Below the pieces are notes generated by a model. The model did no database searches and was not told the origin of the DNA. It worked only from the letters and a program-made list of their open reading frames with translations. The translations under genes were made by a program, and so were the position numbers. 64,000 bases of DNA from an uncultured Actinomycetes bacterium (GTDB lineage Bacteria > Actinomycetota > Actinomycetes > Streptosporangiales > Streptosporangiaceae). Where the stretch lies: assembly GCA_963840195.1 (NCBI GenBank), contig CAWIYD010000015.1, positions 8,112 through 72,111 on the forward strand, written 5' to 3'. Numbering within the stretch: position 1 is the stretch's first letter; each line of letters starts with the position of its first letter. Below, piece after piece: positions 11,143-19,332 of the stretch.

Positions 11143-12579
11143 GTGACAGTAATCACGCCGGCTGCGGATGTGGCGCGGCCAGGGGCCAGGTCCCGGTGGG
11201 ACATCGCGGAGGCGTGCCTGGCCGCAGCCGCCTTCGCGGTGCTGTGCGTGCTGGTGCTCAGAGCCTCGCCGTACCTCCCCGAGCCGGACGATTACGCCTA
11301 TCGTGCCTCGATCGTGGCGATGACCGACGGGCACTTCTTCTCCTTGACCGGGGTGCAGGCACACGCCCTCGCCGAGCAGCTGGCGCCTCAGGTGGGCCGC
11401 AACAGGCTGGGCCCTGGTCCTGGTGGCGGCCCCGTCCAGTGGGTTCAGCTGGCGGGAGGCAGGTGGATCAGCGAGAAGGATCCCGGCTACCCATACCTCG
11501 CGGTGGCGTTCCAGGCGTTCGGCATCATCCGGCTGGCTCCGCTTTTCTACGGCGCGCTGGCCGGCCTGGGCTTGTATTTCGGCGGCCGGCGCTGGCTGGG
11601 CAGGTTCGGCGGTGCGGCCGCTGTCGGCCTGTACTGCTCGTCCGGCGCGGCAATCCTGTTCGCGTGGCGTGATTACATGCCGACCTTCACCGAAGCCTCG
11701 CTGATCGCGGCGGGAACGGGAGCCCTGCTGTGGGCGGTGCTCGCGGCCGAGGCCAGCACCAGGCGCAGGACCTGGGCCGGCCTGGCTGGCTTCGTGGCGC
11801 TGGAGGCAGCCACGTTCAGCAGGTACACCAACGTCGTGGTGCTGGGCTGCGCGGTCATCGCGGTGCTCACGGCGTGGCGGTTGCGGGCCGCGCGGCTGCC
11901 CGGCAGCGCCGTTGCCTGGTGGCTCGGGTCGGTCTTCGCCTTCGGAACCGGCGCCGCGATCTTCGACATGCTCATCTATGGCGGTCCGCTGCGGTCCGGC
12001 TACCGGCCAGGGGAGATCACCTTCAGCCTCAGCGCCATCAGCCCTAACCTCCGCTACATGCCGGCCCACCTGATCCAGGCCATGCCCATGCTGGTGCTCG
12101 GCCTCGCCGCCGTGGCGGGCATCGCCGTCGCCTGGCTGCGCGGCCGCCGGGCAGGTGGCGAACGGGCCGCTCTGGCCAGGCGTGACCTGGCGGCCGGGAC
12201 TGCGCTGGCCGCCTCGTGGGGCGCCGTCTGGGCCTGGTACGCCGCCTATACGTGGACCGCGGCCACGGGCCTGAGCACGCTGCAGGCGGCCCGGTTCTAC
12301 GTGCCGGCCCTGGGCGCGATCTCGCTGCTCGGCGCCTGGCTGCTGGTCCGCGTGCCGCGCAGGCTGCCGCTGGCCGCGATCACGACGTTCGCGGTGGTCG
12401 CGGCGCTGTTCGGGCTGGGCGGCTGGGCCTTCCATGACATGTACCAGTCCCCGTTCGGGCGGCAATTGCTCGTCGGGCACGGGCCGGGCGGCACGGCCGA
12501 GCTCAGGCCAGGCCCAGGGAGCAGGTCCGGCGCCCCGGTCAGCCGGGCGGTTCCGGTGCCGGGCAAGCCCGCGAGGTGA
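11143..12579 (+). CDS. GT-C fold membrane glycosyltransferase-like protein (ArnT/PMT, GT39-like)
   Basis: Intact 478-aa ORF with about 10-12 hydrophobic helices. It has an early acidic loop (PEPDDYAY) and the large polytopic architecture typical of the family. The assignment is by architecture, not by a strict motif. Confidence 0.65.
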   Translation: MTVITPAADVARPGARSRWDIAEACLAAAAFAVLCVLVLRASPYLPEPDDYAYRASIVAMTDGHFFSLTGVQAHALAEQLAPQVGRNRLGPGPGGGPVQWVQLAGGRWISEKDPGYPYLAVAFQAFGIIRLAPLFYGALAGLGLYFGGRRWLGRFGGAAAVGLYCSSGAAILFAWRDYMPTFTEASLIAAGTGALLWAVLAAEASTRRRTWAGLAGFVALEAATFSRYTNVVVLGCAVIAVLTAWRLRAARLPGSAVAWWLGSVFAFGTGAAIFDMLIYGGPLRSGYRPGEITFSLSAISPNLRYMPAHLIQAMPMLVLGLAAVAGIAVAWLRGRRAGGERAALARRDLAAGTALAASWGAVWAWYAAYTWTAATGLSTLQAARFYVPALGAISLLGAWLLVRVPRRLPLAAITTFAVVAALFGLGGWAFHDMYQSPFGRQLLVGHGPGGTAELRPGPGSRSGAPVSRAVPVPGKPAR

Positions 12580-13143
12580 TCAGGCTGGCCTGGGGCGGTA
12601 CCTGAGGTAGACAGCGCCGCAGGCGAACCGCCGCGTGTCCAGGAGCTCCAGCTCCAAGCGGACACCGGCGGGGAGCGCTGGCTTGCCGCCCCCGACGACG
12701 ACGGGAACCAGGAACAGCCGCAGCTCGTCGACCAGCCCGGCCTTGATGGCCTGCCCGGCCAGGTCCGCGCCCCCCACGGTCATGTCATGGCCGGCGGCCG
12801 ACTTCACTTGCCGGATCATGCCGGGATCGAAGTCCCGTTCGATCCGTGTCCTCGCGCTCGACACTGATCCGAGCGTCTTCGAGAACACGATCTTCCCGGC
12901 TGCCTGCCAGATGCCGGTGAACTCACGAACCGAAGGCGGCTGGCCAGGCACCGCGTGGGCGGTTTCCCAGAAGAGCATCGTCTCGTACATCCGGCGCCCG
13001 TAAAGGTAGGTGCCGGCCGTGCGCTCAAGGTCGTTGATGAAGCAGAACAGCTCTTCGCCCGGTGCCCCCCACTCGAAGTTGCCTGCGGCGTCTTCGACGT
13101 AGCCGTCCGCCGAGGCGATCGTCGAGTAGACCAGCTTGGCCAT
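12580..13143 (-). CDS. dihydrofolate reductase family protein (RibD C-terminal domain)
   Basis: Intact 187-aa ORF: MAKLVYSTIASADGYVED...YLYGRRMYETM...IVFSKTL...DMTVGGADLAGQAIKAGLVDELRLFLVPVVVGGGKPALP. Its stop abuts the stop of the convergent GT-C gene. Confidence 0.85.
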   Translation of the reverse strand: MAKLVYSTIASADGYVEDAAGNFEWGAPGEELFCFINDLERTAGTYLYGRRMYETMLFWETAHAVPGQPPSVREFTGIWQAAGKIVFSKTLGSVSSARTRIERDFDPGMIRQVKSAAGHDMTVGGADLAGQAIKAGLVDELRLFLVPVVVGGGKPALPAGVRLELELLDTRRFACGAVYLRYRPRPA

Positions 13144-13364
13144 CAGGGCTCCCTCACTTCGTCACGCGGTGCCGGGCCCGGCATGGCGCCAAGCACCCGG
13201 GCCGCCTCCCCTGCCAGGGTGACCGGCCTCCTTGCGGCCGGCACCGCGGCTCACCTGAGCTCGCGAGTGCCGGTGCATCTGAGTGCCGCAGCTCGTGCCT
13301 GGCCGGCGCCTGGCCGGCCGGCGCAGCGCCGCCAGCGGGTAAACGCCGGCTCCGGCCACGCACC

Positions 13365-14357
13365 CTACCGGGGCGCGTCCCCCAGGCGGTACTGACGGGT
13401 GTGCTCGTCCAGCTGATCCTTGAGGTCGTCATCGAGGCTGAACCCGGCGGCCGCCAGGCTGGCGTCGAGTTGCTGGGGCTGGCTGGCCCCGATGATCGGA
13501 GCCGTGATCGCCTTGTTCGCCAGGACCCAGGCGACGGAGAGGGTTACCAGGCTGACCCCGGCTTTCTCCGCCAGCTGGCGGAGCACTTCGACCGTGCCGA
13601 ACTCGCGATCGTGCCAGTAGCGGTCCTGGTACGCCTCCGCGGCGTTGCCGAGGGTGAAGCGGGTGCCTTCGGGCGGCGGCGCGGTGCGGGAGTGTTTCCC
13701 CGAAAGCAGGCCGCCAGCGATTGGGTTGTAGGAAATGACGCCGACGCCCTCCTCGCTGCAGAACGGGAGCATCTCGCGTTCGATCTGGCGGAAGAGCAGG
13801 TTGTACCGGGGCTGGACGGAATCGAAGCGGGCCAGACGCAGGGTCTCGCTCCGGCCGATGGCCCGCACCAGCTGGTAGGTCAGGAAGTTCGAGCAGCCGA
13901 CGTAGCGGACCTTTCCCTGATGGACGAGATCGTCGAGGGCGCCCAGCGTCTCGTCGATCGGTGTCGCCGGATCATATCCATGCAGCTGGTAAAGGTCGAT
14001 GTAGTCGGTCTGCAGGCGGCGCAAGGAGGCGTCTACGGCTGCGAGGATGTGCTTGCGGGAATTGCCGGCGTCGAAAGGCGCCGGCCCGGTCGGGGCAAAG
14101 CACTTGGTGGCCACTATGAAACGGTCCCGCTTGCCCTGGAGCCATCGACCGAGGATTTCCTCGGTAATTCCCCTGGTGGCCAGATCCCCGCCCAGCGGAT
14201 AGGCGTCGGAGGTGTCGATGAAGTCGATGCCGCCCTCGGCCGCCCGGTCGAGAATGGCGGCAGCAGTCGCCTCATCGCACTGCAGCCCGAAGGTCATCGT
14301 CCCCAGGCACAGCCTCGAGACCTGCAGGCCGGTGCGGCCGAGCCGGGTATGTTCCAT
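13365..14357 (-). CDS. aldo/keto reductase
   Basis: Start taken at internal ATG 14357 (MEHTRLGRTGLQVSRLCLGTMTFG...), the canonical AKR N-terminus. Also ...DFIDTSDAYP..., ...YIDLYQLHGYD..., ...VRYVGCSNF.... Confidence 0.9.
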   Translation of the reverse strand: MEHTRLGRTGLQVSRLCLGTMTFGLQCDEATAAAILDRAAEGGIDFIDTSDAYPLGGDLATRGITEEILGRWLQGKRDRFIVATKCFAPTGPAPFDAGNSRKHILAAVDASLRRLQTDYIDLYQLHGYDPATPIDETLGALDDLVHQGKVRYVGCSNFLTYQLVRAIGRSETLRLARFDSVQPRYNLLFRQIEREMLPFCSEEGVGVISYNPIAGGLLSGKHSRTAPPPEGTRFTLGNAAEAYQDRYWHDREFGTVEVLRQLAEKAGVSLVTLSVAWVLANKAITAPIIGASQPQQLDASLAAAGFSLDDDLKDQLDEHTRQYRLGDAPR

Positions 14358-14500
14358 GGGCGGCACGTTACCGGTCCGCTGTGGGCGGCTCAGCCGGCGG
14401 GCTGGCCCTCGATGCGGCAGGAAGCGTGGGCTCTCTCTGCGGTAGGGCTGATGTCGCCGGGTACGCTCCCCCAAGAGCGGCTGGAGCACGGAGGCAACTG

Positions 14501-14860
14501 ATGTCGGCTGTCGAGATCGACGACTACCTGCAGCGCCTGGACGAGCCGAAGCGCTCGACGCTCAGCCGGCTGCGCCGCGACATCCTGGCCGTGGTCCCCG
14601 GCGCCGAGCAGTGCATCTCCTACGGCGTGCCCGGCTTCAAGATCGATGGCAAGACGATTGCAGGCTTTGCCGCCTTCAAGCACCACCTGAGCTACCTGCC
14701 CCACAGCGGCTCAGTGTTCCCCGAATTGGCCGGCGAGCTAGCCGGATACCAGAAGTCCTCCGGATCCCTGCACTTTCCCGTTGATCAGCCTCTGCCACCC
14801 GGGCTGGTCGAGAAGTTGATCGCCGTGCGGCTACGGCAGGCCTTCCCTCCCGGGCCTTGA
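14501..14860 (+). CDS. DUF1801 (YdhG-like) domain protein
   Basis: ATG 14501 preceded by GGAGG (14490-14494). MSAVEIDDYLQRLDEPKRSTLSRLRRDILAVVPGAEQCISYGVPGFKIDGKTIAGFAAFKHHLSYLPHSG.... Confidence 0.8.
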   Translation: MSAVEIDDYLQRLDEPKRSTLSRLRRDILAVVPGAEQCISYGVPGFKIDGKTIAGFAAFKHHLSYLPHSGSVFPELAGELAGYQKSSGSLHFPVDQPLPPGLVEKLIAVRLRQAFPPGP

Positions 14861-14905
14861 AGCCAGCGGGCCGCCGGGGCTGGGGAAGCCCCAGCGCGCA
14901 GGTGC

Positions 14906-15361
14906 TCATCCCCCTGCTGGCCCGCAGCTAGACGTCTTGCGCGGCCAGTCATCCACCCGGCGGAACGTCTGCGCCACCACGAGGGTGTCGTCGCCGACAG
15001 TGAATTCCGGGTCATCCATGGCGGCGCGCATCTCCGCCGAGTGCCAGAACTGCTCATGCCCGGCCCGCCATTCCGCGACCGAGGCGTACCCCTCACCCTC
15101 GCCGAGGGCGTGCGCCAGGTCGACATCGGCCAGGCGGACCACCCGCACCTCGGTGGTCTCGATCACCGCGACTGGGTCACCCGCGGAATCGATCACAGCC
15201 TGCCGCAGCCCGGGAGCGGGCAGCGGCGAACCGTCCTGCTCATAGTCCGCGATCAGCCCGCTGGTGGTCGTCTTGCGGCCGGCCAGGATCGCGGCGACCA
15301 GCTGATCACGCAGCGGTCCCGGGAACGCGAACTCCACCACGGGCAGGTCCTCCGTCGGCAC
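14906..15361 (-). CDS. ASCH domain-containing protein
   Basis: Intact 151-aa ORF: ...LRDQLVAAILAGRKTTTSGL...VRVVRLADVDLAHALGEGEGYASVAEWRAGHEQFW.... Confidence 0.8.
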   Translation of the reverse strand: MPTEDLPVVEFAFPGPLRDQLVAAILAGRKTTTSGLIADYEQDGSPLPAPGLRQAVIDSAGDPVAVIETTEVRVVRLADVDLAHALGEGEGYASVAEWRAGHEQFWHSAEMRAAMDDPEFTVGDDTLVVAQTFRRVDDWPRKTSSCGPAGG

Positions 15362-15408
15362 GCCAGCCAGCCTAGCCGCCAGGGCCCGCGGCCGGCGCGC
15401 GGCCTCGG

Positions 15409-15801
15409 TCAGGGCCCGAGCGCGCCCGGATCGGCGGGCACGTCCACGGCGTGCTCCTTGAGCGCGGCGAGGGGCACGATGTCGAGCGCCCGCTCATGGG
15501 TGGAGGCCATGACCACGTGCGCGGCGGCACCCTCCTGATGAGCCCGGAGCCAGTTCCTGGCCGTCACGCACCAGCGGTCCCCGGGCACCAGCCCGGGGAA
15601 CCGGAACTCCGGCACCGGGGTCACCAGGTCGTTGCCGATGCGGCGCTGGTGCTCCAGGAACTCGGCGGTCACCACGGCGCAGATCGTGTGACTGCCCTGG
15701 TCCTCGCGGCCGGTGTTGCAGCACCCGTCCCGGTAGAAGCCGGTGACCGGGTCGTTGCCACACGGCTCCAGCTCACCACCGAGAACATTGTGATCAGGCA
15801 T
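15409..15801 (-). CDS. DUF2237 family protein
   Basis: Internal ATG 15801: MPDHNVLGGELEPCGNDPVTGFYRDGCCNTGREDQGSHTICAVVTAEFLEHQRRIGNDL.... Confidence 0.85.
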   Translation of the reverse strand: MPDHNVLGGELEPCGNDPVTGFYRDGCCNTGREDQGSHTICAVVTAEFLEHQRRIGNDLVTPVPEFRFPGLVPGDRWCVTARNWLRAHQEGAAAHVVMASTHERALDIVPLAALKEHAVDVPADPGALGP

Positions 15802-15905
15802 GCGGCCAGTATCCGCATCCCGGGACGCGCCCGGCAACCACTTCGCCGCCCCGCCCGGCCTCCCGGGCGGGGCTGGACGCCAGCATTGCGCTGGGCACGC
15901 CGGCG

Positions 15906-16775
15906 TCAGTTGGTGGCACTGGGACCCGAGGAGCCGTTCAGGGGCTTGATCTCGGCGGGGCTGGCGGAGAGGTTCGCCGGCATGGTGACGGGCAGTGCGG
16001 GCGGGGGCGGCGGCAGGGCGGCCGTCTCCTCGGCCCCGGTGTCCGCCGCGTCCGGGATGGCGGGCAGCGCCGCGCGGTCGAAGAAGCGCAGCAGTTCCAC
16101 CGGGAACGGCATCACGAGGGTGCTGTTCTTCTCGGCGGCGACCTCGACCACGGTCTGCAGCAGCCTCAGCTGCAGGGCGGCCGGGTCGGCCGCCATGACC
16201 GAGGCGGCCTGGGCCAGCTTCTTGGACGCCTGGTACTCGCCGTCGGCGGCGATGATCCGGGCGCGGCGCTCCCGCTCGGCCTCGGCCTGCCGGGACATCG
16301 AGCGCTTCATCGATTCGGGCAGCGAGATGTCCTTGACCTCGACGCGCTCCACCCGGATGCCCCACGGTCCCTCGGTGGGAGCGTCGATCACTTCCTTGAG
16401 CTCGGCGTTGACATGTTCCCGCTCGGACAGGAGCTGGTCCATGTTGCTGCGCCCGGTGACCGACCGCAGCGACGTCTGGGCCACCTGGGAGACCGCGAAG
16501 TGGTAGTTCTGCACGTTGATGATCGCCTTGAGCGGGTCAACCACCCGGTAGTACACGACCGCGTCCACCTTCAGCGTGACGTTGTCCCGGGTGATGGTCT
16601 CCTGCGCGGGCACGTTGGCCACGGCGATCTGCATGTTGACCTTGGTGAGCTTGCTGGTGAACGGGTTGACCCAGGTCAGGCCGGCCGTGCGGACGCCTGG
16701 CTGGGCCTGCCCCCAGCGGAACACGATGCCTTGCTCGTACTGGCGGATGATCCTGAAGCCGAACATATCGGCCAT
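15906..16775 (-). CDS. SPFH/Band 7 (stomatin-like) protein
   Basis: Internal ATG 16775: MADMFGFRIIRQYEQGIVFRWGQ...VDAVVYYRVVDPLKAI...PWGIRVERVEVKDISLPESMKRSMSRQAEAERERRARII.... Confidence 0.9.
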   Translation of the reverse strand: MADMFGFRIIRQYEQGIVFRWGQAQPGVRTAGLTWVNPFTSKLTKVNMQIAVANVPAQETITRDNVTLKVDAVVYYRVVDPLKAIINVQNYHFAVSQVAQTSLRSVTGRSNMDQLLSEREHVNAELKEVIDAPTEGPWGIRVERVEVKDISLPESMKRSMSRQAEAERERRARIIAADGEYQASKKLAQAASVMAADPAALQLRLLQTVVEVAAEKNSTLVMPFPVELLRFFDRAALPAIPDAADTGAEETAALPPPPPALPVTMPANLSASPAEIKPLNGSSGPSATN

Positions 16776-16834
16776 CCCATCCCCGGCACGGGACGCGCCG
16801 GGCTTCCTGGCCCGCGGACGGCGCCGGCGCGATG

Positions 16835-17662
16835 TCAGCGTTCGGAATGCCCGCGGCCTGCTTTCATCATCACACACTCGTCAGCACCGGGCCGGACTTC
16901 CGGCCTGCCGTGCCGGTCACGGGTCAGCGCCACCGGAGTCAGCCCGGCCAGCCGGCCGCACTCCCTGGTCAGGTGGGCCTGGTCGGCATACCCGGCCTCC
17001 GCGGCCAGGGACGCCAGGTCAGCGGCGTCCGGGGCGGCGTCGAGCCGGGACACGAACCGGCGGAACCGCAGTACCCGGCGCAGCAGCACCGGGCCGTAGC
17101 CCACCGCCGCGCCGCACCGCCGGTTCAGCTGCCGCTCGCTGACGGCCAGGTCCCCGGCCACCTGGCCGACCTGTGCCCCGGGGCGGCGCAGCCGCTGCGC
17201 CGCGGCGGTGACCAGCGGATCGGGCGGCCCGTCGGCGACCAGGCAGCCGGCCAGGTCGATCAGCATCCGCAGCGCGGCCGGCGGGTCCAGGTCCGGGTGC
17301 AGCCGGCTGCCCAGCCTGCGGCCCGCCCCGCCGGGAAGTTCCGCCCGCAGGTCATCCGCGCTGAGCCGCTGGTTCAGCAGCCCGCTCAGCGGGCGGCCCA
17401 GCGCGGGGCCGCCCGCGCCGGGCCGGAACCGCACCCCGGCGAGCACGGTCCCCGGCGACGTCGGCATGATCACCGGGCCGGTGTCCGGGCCGGCCAGGAA
17501 TACCCCGGTGCCGTGGCGCCAGATGAGGTCCACGCAGGCATCGGGCAGGACGCGGGTCGGCGGCGCGCCGCCCGGCGGGGTGACCCCCACCCAGGCGCAC
17601 GCCAGCGCGCCGGCCAGGGGGGCCGGAGGCCGGAATTCACGGTAGCCCGGTGCCCAGTCCAC
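16835..17662 (-). CDS. AraC family transcriptional regulator
   Basis: C-terminal HTH_18-type region ...VAGDLAVSERQLNRRCGAAVGYGPVLLRRVLRFRRFV...LAAEAGYADQAHLTRECGRLAGLTP. Start placed at GVG-context GTG 17662 (no in-frame ATG nearby). Divergent from 17751. Confidence 0.75.
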   Translation of the reverse strand: MDWAPGYREFRPPAPLAGALACAWVGVTPPGGAPPTRVLPDACVDLIWRHGTGVFLAGPDTGPVIMPTSPGTVLAGVRFRPGAGGPALGRPLSGLLNQRLSADDLRAELPGGAGRRLGSRLHPDLDPPAALRMLIDLAGCLVADGPPDPLVTAAAQRLRRPGAQVGQVAGDLAVSERQLNRRCGAAVGYGPVLLRRVLRFRRFVSRLDAAPDAADLASLAAEAGYADQAHLTRECGRLAGLTPVALTRDRHGRPEVRPGADECVMMKAGRGHSER

Positions 17663-17750
17663 ATCCCGAGTCTGGCACGCCGCCTGGCGTGCCCGGCAGG
17701 AGTCCGATTCGTTCAAGAGGCCGGCCCGCCGCCGGAGTGAGGATGGCGGC

Positions 17751-18614
17751 ATGAAACCAGACATCGATGCCGCTCACCGGTTCCTGGCCAGCACCGCCCG
17801 GGTCCTGGACCGGCGCAGGTTCGAGCGGCTGTTCCTGGCCGGGGCGGCCGGGCCGGTGCGGGACGCCGTGGCTGCCTACCGTAACGACGACGGCGGGTTC
17901 GGGCACGCCCTGGAACCGGACGCGCGGGGCCCGGGCAGCCAGCCGCTCGCCATCCAGCTCGCCCTGCAGACCCTGCACGAGGCCGACGCCTGGGACGACA
18001 CGCTCGTCCAGGGCGCCTGCGGGTGGCTGGCCGCGAACGCCCCGCGCGAGGGCGGCGCCGTCTTCGCCGATCCGGCCATCGAGGGGTGGCCGCACGCACC
18101 GTGGTGGGTGCCGGAGCCCGGGCGGCCCGCCTCACTCGCCACGACCGCCTTGCTGGCCGGCACGCTGCACGGCCGCCAGGTCCGCCATCCCTGGCTGGAC
18201 CGGGCGACCGGGTGGGTGTGGGCCCGGCTGGACGACCTGGGCGACGCCGGCCCGTACGACCTGCGCGCCGTGCTGTATTTCCTGGACCGGGTGCCGGACC
18301 GGGACCGGGCGGCGGCGGCCCTGCAGGTGGCGGGACCGGTGATCCTGGACGGCGGCCTGGTGACCCTGGACCCGGAGGCCCCCGGGGAGATCCATACCCC
18401 GCTGGACTTCGCGCCGCTGCCCGGCTCGCTGGGCCGCCGGCTGTTCAGCGGGCCGGTCATCGACGCGCACCTGGACCATCTGGCGGCCGCGCAGCAGCCG
18501 GACGGCGGCTGGACGTTCAACTGGCTGGCGTGGTCACCGGCGGCTGCCGCGGACTGGCGCGGCGCGATCACCGTGGATGTCCTGGCCCTGTTGCGCGCCA
18601 ACGGCCGCGGCTGA
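17751..18614 (+). CDS. hypothetical protein with prenyltransferase/terpene-cyclase-like repeats
   Basis: Intact 287-aa ORF with DGGF/DGGW repeat motifs (YRNDDGGFGHALEPD, QQPDGGWTFNW) of the alpha/alpha-toroid family. Weak family call. Confidence 0.55.
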   Translation: MKPDIDAAHRFLASTARVLDRRRFERLFLAGAAGPVRDAVAAYRNDDGGFGHALEPDARGPGSQPLAIQLALQTLHEADAWDDTLVQGACGWLAANAPREGGAVFADPAIEGWPHAPWWVPEPGRPASLATTALLAGTLHGRQVRHPWLDRATGWVWARLDDLGDAGPYDLRAVLYFLDRVPDRDRAAAALQVAGPVILDGGLVTLDPEAPGEIHTPLDFAPLPGSLGRRLFSGPVIDAHLDHLAAAQQPDGGWTFNWLAWSPAAAADWRGAITVDVLALLRANGRG

Positions 18615-18645
18615 ACGGGCCAGGCCTCGGCCCAGGCCGGCCGGG

Positions 18646-19170
18646 TCAGCGGGGCGCCGCCGGGCACGGCGGCGGGGGCGCGGGCGCGGCGCGGGCGGGG
18701 GCGTCCCGGCGGCGCAGGGAGCGGCGCCGGGTCCAGGTGTGCCGGATCAGGAACCCGATGAGGACCAGGCTGGACAGCCCGTGCCAGGCGATCTTGGTGT
18801 GCGGCTCCAGCCAGTCCCAGAGCCCGGTCGCCGTGACGAACACCGTCAGCGCGAGCAGCACGCTGGCCTGGGACAGGCTCCAGCGCACCGCCCGGGACAG
18901 CGACCGCCGCTGCCAGGCCCGGCCGAGGGCGCCCCGGATCCACGCCCGGCGGTACCACAGGTGCGGGCCGACCGCCCCGGCGAAGACCAGCCCGATCACG
19001 CTGTGGATCGCGATCGACACCGGCTCCAGCAGCACGGACACCACGCACGCCGCGATCAGCAGCAGGTCCACGGCCCAGCGGCGCATGCTGCGCCGCCGGG
19101 GCCCTCCGGCGGGCCGCGCAGCGGGCGGCTCCGGGACGGGTGCTGGCTGGGCGGTCTCCTCAATGCTCAC
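18646..19170 (-). CDS. small integral membrane protein
   Basis: Intact 174-aa ORF with four hydrophobic segments (LLLIAACVVSVLL, SVIGLVFAGAV, VLLALTVFVTATGLW, LSSLVLIGFLI). No family recognised. Confidence 0.5.
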   Translation of the reverse strand: MSIEETAQPAPVPEPPAARPAGGPRRRSMRRWAVDLLLIAACVVSVLLEPVSIAIHSVIGLVFAGAVGPHLWYRRAWIRGALGRAWQRRSLSRAVRWSLSQASVLLALTVFVTATGLWDWLEPHTKIAWHGLSSLVLIGFLIRHTWTRRRSLRRRDAPARAAPAPPPPCPAAPR

Positions 19171-19332
19171 CCGACCACGATCGCCGGCCCGGCCCGCGGC
19201 ACATCGGCCTGCGGTGCCGTCCTCCGTGCCCGGCTGCGGGCGGACAGCCAGCCGTTCCGCTACCCAGGTATGAGCCGGTGATGAGCCGCCAGGGGGAGGC
19301 CGGGGCCCCGCCGCGGTCCCGGCGGGCGCGGC

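Noticed and set aside
11077-14501. Long antisense ORFs 11077-12480 (-) and 13062-14501 (+). Similar cases: 41573-42886 (-), 19645-21099 (+), 60698-62266 (+), 58040-58969 (+), 43900-44961 (-)
   Set aside because: Each lies opposite a gene with strong family motifs and has a homopolymeric Arg/Gly/Pro/Asp/His composition. These are stop-codon-poor shadows typical of high-GC DNA.
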